From: Dirinaria sp. TL-2023a
Lineage: Eukaryota
Length of the DNA stretch: 38,098 nt
Direction of reading: 5' to 3'
Assembly: GCA_051941275.1 (NCBI GenBank)
Contig: JAVEBF010000056.1
Span: 1 to 38,098 of the forward strand
Part shown: positions 10,923-20,583 of the stretch, one piece after another
Layout of the letters: each line of letters opens with the position of its first letter
Numbering within the stretch: the first letter of the stretch is position 1
Notes under the pieces: model-generated
Database searches by the model: none
Seen by the model: only the letters and a program-made list of their open reading frames with translations
Told to the model about the DNA's origin: nothing
Position numbers and translations under genes: made by a program

Positions 10923-13900
10923 TCATCTGAAGTACAATATAATCATCGACACGATGAGGAATATTATGACGTAGTTTCTGAAATCTAGGGAGAATGCCTC
11001 AAGCGGGCTAGTCTGAGTTGACGCCTTTGGTGGTTTGGATTCGATTTCCTCGAGACTTGTGGCAGCTTTTGAGTTCGGGTCCAAAGGCTCCTCGCTATGT
11101 CGCTCGTTTGGACTCCGATCATTGTGGTCAACTATGTCTCGACCATCGTTCTCTGTGACAGTTGCCCCCCCTACAGTGTTTAACGAGTCTGAGCTTGTGT
11201 TGGGGGTATTCGCGTGAGAGATCGATTCGGCGGCCAATCTTCCAACGTGATCCAGATACTTTGCCACCTCTGCCTTGTCAGCTCGTTTCGCTCGTTCGTA
11301 GGGCGAGCGTCCGTAAGAGTCTTTGACTTGGACGTCCGCTCCAGCTGCGACCAGGCGTTGTACTGCTGTCATGTTGCCTTGCTCGGCCGCGAGAAATAGG
11401 AGATGTGTGATGTCCATATCATGGGCAATATCTAGGCCACGCTGTAAGAACAGGACCTGAAGAGAAGGTGAGGAGTCTTCCATTGCGCTCACGCCCCACT
11501 TATCCTTGGATTTCATGTCGGCGCCCTTGCGCAGTAGATAGCGAGCGATTGACATGCGATATTGCAAGGCTGCAATGTGTAGAGCAGTACGCCCATAATT
11601 GTCCTGAACATCGATGTTGGCACCAGCTCCGTGGAGTTTTTTCACTATGCGTAGGTGTCCCGCATGAGTAGCGAGCTGTAACGGGGTACGCCCGAGCCAG
11701 TCATCCCGTTCTTCAATGTCGATAGACTTATCGTCCGGATACGCCGAGAGGATGGAAGCAACAGCTGCCTCATCGCCTTGTGCTGCTGCTTGAGGTAGCG
11801 TGGGCTCCTCCAACGACATCCCTGTCATAGATCTCTTCGGCACTCCAAAGTCGTCTGCAAACTTCTCTTTCAGAATCCGCACGCTTCTTCTCGTTCCACT
11901 GAGCCTTGCGGTGTCAAGCGGCGTCTTTCCTCGATTATTGCGAATGTCTGTTCTGGCACCCTTACTTAAAAGCAGCTTCAACGCTGGTGAGTCATAGCTT
12001 AGTCCAGCTGCGTCGTGTACAGGAGTATTGCCATTGGAGTCTTGCAAGTCGATTCCAATACCAGGCAGATCGAGCAGGACAGCCAGCGAACGATGGCTAC
12101 CATTGATTGCAGCAGAGTGGACTGCACTCCGCCCAAAATCATCCTTGGCAGTCCAGTCAATCCCTCGATCAATCAGTTCCTGTACAATGTATACAGCATC
12201 GCTATCGGCGGCCCTCATCAAAGCATTTCCTTGGCTATATAGCGGACTTTCTCGGATATTTATGTCCGCTCCTGCGTCAAGTAGGGCTCTTACAGCCGGT
12301 AAGTTGCGCCACAGGGAGGACAATGTCAATACGGGACATCCAGAGTGATCACGATGTCCCAAGTCGACGGACGAAGCACTGACAAGAGCCCTCATTACTT
12401 CGGTATTCCTTGCTCCTGCAATGCGATGGACGGCTGTTCGCCCGTGAGTGTCTTCGGTGTTTACCGTTAGATCCGCTCGGGTTAAAAGCTTAGAGATGAC
12501 TTTCAATTGCTCGTAATTAGTGGCAAGCATGAGTGGCGTAACCTTCCATGAGCCACGTTCTCCGACGTTAGGAGCATTGACGTCCATACCAGCTTGATCA
12601 ATTAAGAGAACCGCGACTTCCTCGTGACCATGTATTATGGCGATGTGGAGAGCATTTTGACCATCGTCGTTGAACACATTGAGAGGCGCTTTCATCTGAA
12701 GAATGATCGTCATCATATCCACATTGCCGGATTGGGCAGCCCACATGAGAGGTGTCATACCGAATGCGTCTTGAATGTCCGCGTTGATGCCATCGTACAA
12801 AAGTCTGTTAGCCAGTCTCTCATAGTTGAAGAACATAGCTAGATGAAGCGGCGATCCACCGCTACGGCTACGCCATGATGCAGTGGCTTCGTCATTTGAA
12901 AACCATAGCGCCTGAATAGATGCGCTGCAGCATTGATCTTTCTTGATGAAGGCATACGATATATCCAGGACTTCGGTATCTCTTGATGCTTGGGCATGTA
13001 CACCCCAAAAGATCGAAGCATAGTCATAGAAAGGAAAAGCCCGAATGCGAGCTTCGAATTCAGCAGCTTCTTCCGCACCGTGTACAGGGCCTTGTTGGAA
13101 TTCGCTTAACTGAAGATATGCAAGAGAGATCTCTGCCATGTACTTGTGGCCATCACCGAAAAGATCACCGCTCCGCTGAGCAAAATAGCCGACAATGGTG
13201 TAGTGGGAAAAGACGATTTCGCCATTCTCGTCCAGATTTACAAGTCCAGCGCATCGCGATATGAGAGTCCCGGTGGGAATAATCTCGTCGTCGAGAATCT
13301 CATCAGCGTCGGGGGTCAAAGCTAGAGCATGCTCTACCTCGCGGATTTTCAAAGGCCGCTGCGCGTAGGCAACTAGCCTCAGCAGTGACCTTCCGTGTCC
13401 CTGGATACGGCTCATTGCGTTGTCATACGAATCGTCCAGGCCCACAGGTAGGCTGTCTAAGGCAGAACGGACTTCGCTAAACTTTAAGAGATCCGGGTTT
13501 GCTAAGGCATCCATGTGAAGTTGTGCCAACAGAAACCTTGTCGACGTCAATTTAATTCAGGGACTAGTTTCACCATCTACTCACATTTTCTGCGCCGAGC
13601 GAGTGACTGTATCCTCGATTTCCTCAGCAAATCCAGGCTTGGTATTGACGAATTTCATCAATACCGCGCTCTGCTGAGTTCTCCTTCTTACGTATCTTCT
13701 GATTGCCCGAGGCCTAGCGGAAACGTCGATTTTCAAACAGTGTAGTCCGGCGACTATAGAGGTGTCGTGACTACTATTTCCTTTCATGCAACGAGTGCCA
13801 GAATCATAGCAAGATACGCATATGGCTGAATGAACCCTCGGACACTGATGGCATAGATATCGTAAGAGTTCGAGCTTGTTCCCACAGTTACTACACTTTT

Positions 13901-15275
13901 CGCTATCCTCGTCCAAGTGCTGAGAGCCGTCTTCATCCCGGATGGCTGAGGTATCTAGTGTGACCGCAGGGATGCCTTCGAGTAACTCAGAATCATACGT
14001 TGGCAAGATTCCTTGCTTTTCCCGATCGCTTCCTTCGTCACTCGAGTCTACTTCCTCTGCACTCTCCCCCGATGTGTCGTACTCATAATCATAATTCATT
14101 CCTGCGTAGCCATCGTCGCTGTACGCGTCATCACTTTCATTCTCACTATCAGTAAGCTCCAGTGTTCCCAAGTCTTCATCAGGGACAACCGAGAGAAACG
14201 TTCTGTCAATTAGATCAAGTGGACGAGAAGTAAACATCACTTGAGGCGCACCCTCTAGCTTCATCAAGAAAACAATGATGCGCTCTCGAGCAGCTTCTTC
14301 CATAATTTCATCAAGACCATCCACTACGATGAACACACTAGAGAAGGTTGGTAAATGTGCATTGATGACTTTTAGTACTTCCTCGAGGTTAGGCTTAGTC
14401 TCATTGGTGTAATAATGCCTATCCAACAATTCTTCGAGATCAGGAGGTATTTGGCAAGCTTTGAGCTGAATGAGCTGTCGTAGCAGCGCCATTGCCAATT
14501 TGTCCACCGAATGAGTGTCTGATCTGTCATGCTTGCAGTATATGACGAACACAGCAGTATTTTGGCCTGCAGTGTCCATGCGCAGGTCATCTATGGCAGC
14601 CGATGCCAGTATAGTCTTTCCAGCTCCACCGATTGCTGAGCAGTACAGAACTCGGTGTTGCTTCTGCTTCCACGTGTTATATTCTGATGATCGGAAAAAC
14701 CACTCACACGTCCCTGGAAAAGCTTTTAAGAATTCGAGGCGCTGCTGCTCAAGAAAATAAAGAGAGGACAGCCATTCCAAGATCGATCTCAACTCACGTT
14801 TGTTGGTTACCTTGTCAATGCGTGTAACGCCTTCGTTGATGGCCAAAGTGAGCTTCAGCGAGGCGTCCTGCAGCACGATAGACACATTGTGCGATAGGCG
14901 CTGCATCTGCCTGATGTTGCGGTCGACATCCTCTTTGATGAATGGCCATGTCCAGTGTACGATCGCGCCTTTGAGCCCCTGCTTGCGCTCGATTTTGAGC
15001 GTGACTTCGGAGATCACATCCTCGATCTGCTCGATGGTGCCACCTTTCTGAGAAAGCTGGCCTACGATGTCAAGCCATGGCTCTTGCTTGTTTACTCGCT
15101 TCGCGTTGTGGTTATCGGTTTGCAGACGACTCAGGACGGACTTCAAATTATCAACTTCTGCGAGTAGCCTGTCTCGGTCCTTGCCGCCCCTCTTGTAATC
15201 ACTTAGCGTCGTTCGCACGAAGTTAGCTGCCTGTATCAAGGTCGCGACACTAGCAACAAGCCCAACTGCCTCCAT
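10923..15275 (-). CDS. Fungal NLR (STAND), about 1434 aa: HeLo-like/SesA-type N-terminus, NACHT with acidic + ZZ-finger insert, ankyrin repeats, C-terminal TM; exons 15275-13585 and 13536-10923
   Basis: N-terminal hydrophobic helix MEAVGLVASVATLIQ and WPF motif. NACHT motifs ILEWLS, GTCEWF, Walker A AIGGAGKT, Walker B FIVVDGLDE, TSR, and MFLLAQLHMD formed across the 48-nt intron. Many GxTPL ankyrin repeats follow. Confidence 0.92.
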
Positions 15276-15841
15276 TGCAGGCGTAAATGCCTACGATGAC
15301 TGTTTGGCTTTGCCCATGATCATAACGTATGGACAGTAGGAAACACGAAGACACCAGTCGAACTCGTGCCGATCTCGCTGACTCAGCCGCAATTGAGGAT
15401 GCATTAGCGGTTTCGTCTTTCCCTGATAGGGACGACATTGCCTCGCTGCCTTACCAGGCCTCATCGAATCACCATGTACCCGTCGCTTCAGCTGCTTCAG
15501 CCCCTTGGTAGATCAATATCGACAGCTTGATTACACAAAAATTAGATCGAGTTCGACCAGGAGTGAACCGGTTTCTAGCGTTATCAACATGACAGGGTGC
15601 TTCTATCGCAGAGCTTCTGAAAGCAGAGAAGATGTGTGTTATGAATGCTCCCCCATAATCGAAAAAGCCACATGCTCGGCTTGGTTAAGGTATACGTCTG
15701 AATGCCGAATCAGCATTCTTCAACCCCTACCTAAACCCTCTTCTTCCTTGCTGAAGGCCTTCTTCTCGCCAAAATTGTGCAGTCGCTCCACAATGTGATG
15801 AACTCAAGTCAAGAGAGTAAGGTTTTTATGCTCTATATCAC

Positions 15842-17708
15842 TCACGGCTTCAATTCCCACCTTAAAGCCACTTTCCTCGGCTGCCGCATCTGCAGCGTGA
15901 TGTAGGAGATGTTACTCCCCTCAACCATACCGATGAGCATCCTCTGGGCGTCTTCAAGACTTTGCCCTTCTCGTAGAACAGGTGTTACACGATGCTTGGC
16001 GAAGAATGTTGCCATCGCAGCGACAAACTCCACTTGTGCGAACTTCTGGCCAGGACAATTGCGAGGCCCGTCCGCCCAAGGAACGAACGTGCCTCTTTGA
16101 GGGCTGATAAGACGGTCTCTCTGCGGTGATAACCCTCCATTGTCAGGTGGCATGATCCAACGTCTTGGATTCCACATCAGGGCATCTGAGCCCCAGTGCT
16201 GGGATTTTGTGTGCAATGCTTGTACATTGAGGTTGATAAACGTTTTGGGAGGTAAACAATAGGACTGTCCTTGGCTTGAGAGTTCCTGGCCGTAGGAGCC
16301 TGTCTCTTTTGGAACATACGGGAGTGATCCATAGAGACGGAGCGTTTCATACTGCGTCTCGTAAGCGCCCATACATAGCTTCAGCGCCTCTAAGAGGTTT
16401 GGATCAGGATTGGACCTACCATCACGGCAAGGCACCTTCGAAATTGCGGGAAAATCTTTTCGTATTCCCAGATTGCAGAGGTCGAGGATGCGTTTAGTAT
16501 ATCCTGAACCTCGTCTGCCAACCATTCCTGGAGATGCGGGTGTGCAGCAAGTAGCACCAACGACATAGAGATGGCATTCGCGGTTGTCTCGTGCCCGGCA
16601 AGGTTATAAATGAATATGTTGCCGAATATCTCCTTATCCGTCAGGCCAAGCTTGGAAATCTTACCGTTCGGGCCCATATTGGTGTCTTCAGAGGCTTGTA
16701 CGAGAGCACCCATCAGATTCGCAGGCCCATGCCGTTTTCCAGTACCCAGGCTACGTTCCTGGGCCAGATTTTCTGCCATGTAAGACTGGAATTCATGTAC
16801 TGCTTGGCCGAGCTGACGGAATCTGCTCGGCAGAAATTTGGACGACAGACACTGCTTAGGGATTATGTTGAAAGCGATTATGTTGTGTAAGCAGACTGAC
16901 AGAGATTCCTTGTAGCTCATACTGTGTCCTTTTGGAAGCTGCTGTACCCCTTGGTCAAATGAATATCGGACACCAGATGCGGCATGGGTCAGAACGTGGA
17001 GAGTCATGGTCTCTGTATCTTTTACTGTGTCGAATGTGCCGTGAACTCCACGTAGGGTCCATGACTTTAGCATATCGTGGGCTTGCCGTAACGCTTCGGC
17101 CCATACCACAGAGCTAGCTTTCTCGTTAAAACTAGGAGCAGTGAGCCGCCGATGGCGCTGCCAGTCATCGCCTTCAACCTGTTTACTTGGTAAGAAGTAA
17201 TGCACATTCGGCGTCAATCACGACTTACAGTAATTAGACTTGGGCCAAAAACATTGAGCTGGTCTGTCCACGAATTAGTGGCGAGTATTCGGCGGCTACA
17301 TGTAGTCGTACCGTAAATCACAGATGGCTTTACAAAGTCCTTCCTGCGTGTATAGATATCATGTGCTGCCGTGGGATCGGCGACAACAACCTCAATACTT
17401 CCAGAACTAACAATGGAGAAGAGATCGCCAAGCTCATCATGTAAAGCACACTTATCGTCAAATGTCCAGCTCGTGTATGTACATCTAGCCCACCTGCCAA
17501 GGCCAAAGGGTAGACGTTTCAAATGTAGCACAGATGGGAAGACTCTGTAGCAGATGAGCCAGAAAGGATTAAGCGGCGTTATCGGACTGACGACAATAGG
17601 CAGGCCTATTCGCCGCGCTACCACATAATTCCTCAGTAAAGTAAACAGGGTCCAAATTAACGCAGCGAGGAAAGCGATGCCGAGGCAAGTGATCAATTGA
17701 GCAGCCAT
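15842..17708 (-). CDS. Cytochrome P450, about 566 aa, 4 exons: 17708-17312, 17263-17229, 17178-16420, 16351-15842
   Basis: N-terminal TM anchor, I-helix AGHETT, K-helix ETLR, PRRW (PERF-like) and heme motif WADGPRNCPG. Spliced length 1701 nt is in frame. Confidence 0.93.
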
Positions 17709-18593
17709 CGCAGATCGTGACTTTGTAAACAGACTTAGGGAAGATTTGTCTTGATAATTGGCAGAGCTACTTAAATTGCTCCATTGACAATGCCTGTGTA
17801 CATCGTCCCGGTGGTTGCAGGATCTTTGAGTAACAAATAAGTGTAGAGCTCACTACCAGGTGAGCTAGATATTTGAGCTCGATGAGGTATAGAGTACGCG
17901 CAGCTGAGGTTCTGCCGTCCTTCTTAACCTATCAAGTGGCACAGCCCGACGAAGCCCGAGCTCTCGGCACATGCTGGATGAGAGATGTCTTGCAGCACCC
18001 CCTGGTAGTAGCGCAGTACCGTCACCACCGTCAAAGTCAGCAACCATTCCGGATTGCAAGCTTGCGCATGCTTGGCTTTGACTCGGTTTCGACACAAGAG
18101 GAGAATTGATCGTCTTTCCACAGAAGAAAGAGAGGAAATTCGGTACAAGCGAGAATGGGAAGGGAAGAAAGTCGAGATTGAAAAAGATATGCGGTGGAAA
18201 CTTCAGGGTTGGAGCAGGGTTGGAGTAGAGATTGCGATTGTTCAGCGTCCAGATGTCTCTTGCTTGATATGAGTAAAGATCATGTGCTATGTGATATGCT
18301 AGAGATACGTTGATGCTCAAATAGATCGAATTTGTATGAGCTCGGGCATGAGTTTGTTTCTCAGCCTTGCCTGACTAATTACTGTCGAAGAACGACCTTT
18401 GTCAAAATTTGGAAAAAGTCAAGCCGCTTACTTTGTTGTAGCGCCATGCATTGTCCGCAAACGTTCCACAGTGTCAAATATTTATGAACCGAGTAGAACC
18501 CGGATCGTTTTGATGTGCGAAGTATCCATCTCGTTCTCCATGTCTATTCCAGAGATCCCCTTTCCCTCTTTCCTAACACCTGCCTCATAATCC

Positions 18594-19747
18594 CTACACC
18601 GCCAAGGACCCATGTGCTTGTTCCCAGCCATCAATCATGGCCTGATGACCCAGGATCTGCAGCTCTTCGATAGGCATCCACCGACATGGTCCTCCCTCGA
18701 GGAAGTTGACGCGGTAGAAAACATTGCCATTTTCTTCGCGCCGCTGGAGGATCCCGGTGGGTGTTCTTGCCTGGCCTGGACCTTGCAGAAGGGGTGAGAG
18801 CGGCTGCTGTACAGGGGCTACGCTAGCAAGGTAAGGAGCCTCGTCAACATCGTGCGAAGAGATCGATGGTTGGTCGTGTGAATGGAGTTGCTGGGTAGGC
18901 GGCTACATTGGCGTCAGCTATTAATGTCCAGGAACCTTGGTCATTGATTCGTAATAGCGCCCATTGGATTGGGAAATTTTGCACGTCTTCTAGGATCGGG
19001 ATTACGTACCTGATATGTTCCTGGCGGAGATGTCGTTGTTGTAGTTCCCTCTAGGGACAGCATTGGCGCGTCTTGAGCGTCCTTGAATAAACGGTGAGCA
19101 TATTTCAAAGCAAATGAGTTGAAGCTTCTCCTTGCGTCTTGACTTACGTTCCAGATCAGAGCATACGCATATGGTGAGCCGCCTCTCCTCAGCTCGCTCA
19201 TCATTGCCAGATAGAAGAGGTTACTATCCAAACGTCTACACGCTTCCTGATTGCCATTAAAGTCGACCAGGGCATATCTCCAAGCGCCGTCAGCGAGCGT
19301 GAACCCATCCGTGCGGCCTTGGAGATACCGGCCTACGACGGGGGCTGAGAGGACCTTTAGACGATCCATGAACGGCGCAAATGGCTCCTTGACTGGGACC
19401 GTCATGCTTTCTGCATTGGCCATGTCTCGCGTATCAAAGACGATGGTGAAGCGGCTAGCTGATGTTTGAAAATAAGGCGAAGGTGGTCCCATCGGCACCG
19501 TGATCGTTAAAGCTTGTTGAGTAGGCGCGTAAGACCCTGCCATCGGTGCCGCCATTTGTCCTGGAGTAAGACCAGTTGGGGTAGTAGCGGTAGTAGGTGC
19601 TCCGGGTACTGCGCTGGTAGCTGTTCGTTCGCTTTCTGCCTCATGACCTACTGACTGTGCTACTTGATGCCGGAACCGAATGTGGGTCTCTAAGACCTCG
19701 CGTTTGCCATACTTGACCTCGCAGTATGGGCAGGGGAAGGAAGGCAT
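18594..19747 (-). CDS. C2H2 zinc finger protein with a C-terminal chromodomain-like region, about 326 aa, exons 19747-19148, 19081-19010, 18902-18594
   Basis: CPYC-x12-H-x4-H at the N-terminus. Introns are GTAAGT..AAG (66 nt) and GTACGT..GCTGAC..TAG (107 nt). The last exon is open for 102 codons and ends GILQRREENGNVFYRVNFLEGGPCRWMPIEELQILGHQAMIDGWEQAHGSLAV*. Confidence 0.72.
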
Positions 19748-20583
19748 CTTTTGCCAATGGAGGCTGCTGACGAAGACACGCTTTGTACCTCGAGGTAATA
19801 GGAGGATATGGTTGCTTCTGTCAGCGATGATAAGAGCAAGGAGGAAATCCACTGATTGAAACAGCGATCTCTAAATGATGATGGCTGGAAGAAGAAGTGG
19901 GAGTGGGCAGTGGATCAAGATCTCTGTTACATGGCTGACAACCGAGTGTTATGCGTGTTGTACATTTGTTTGTTTATGGATATGGGATGCTGCTAGCTAG
20001 CCACTAAGAAAAGCAGATACGAGATATACTCTCTTGACTACGAAACGGTTTTGCTTTCAGTTGCTAGGGAAGACTGGCAAAGAGAGACACTCGATATATT
20101 ACTGAATTCCGCCTCCAGCTCATGAGGTCGTGAAGCACAACAAAATTCAAACGATAAAGTCTCATTCACGTGCGAAGTTTTCGATTATTGGGGACTGGCA
20201 TTGCATCGAAACGGCGAGAAGAAGGCTGATTGTTCGCGTTCGCTTTTGCATCCGTTGAATCGAAATATATTGCTGGCCTTGGTAAGCATTGGGGAAATGC
20301 TGCTCCGTACGAGTACTAAGAGGAACAACATCTACATACCTGGCAACATTCACCTAGATATTGCTTATGAGTGAGTAGATAGGTATCGGGACGATGAAAG
20401 CTGGAGTGGGTTTCCTCGAAAGAGCGATCCTGGTGAGATCACGCAAGCTGCTGCTCTAAAGTCCGTATTACACGTTTAGTTGAACACAGAGTCGGCAGTA
20501 ATCAAATTCGGTCATTGGAGAGAGAGTGAAGTATGCCGCGGCCGAAGGCGAATGAATTGGAAGATGATATAATGAGCCGCGCT

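Noticed and set aside
11230..12860. Ankyrin array as a hypervariable, high-internal-conservation repeat like het-e/het-d
   Set aside because: The repeats are clearly divergent from each other, with no near-identical DNA units.
15842..17708. P450 as part of a secondary-metabolite cluster
   Set aside because: No backbone enzyme, typical transporter or Zn2Cys6 regulator is present in the window.
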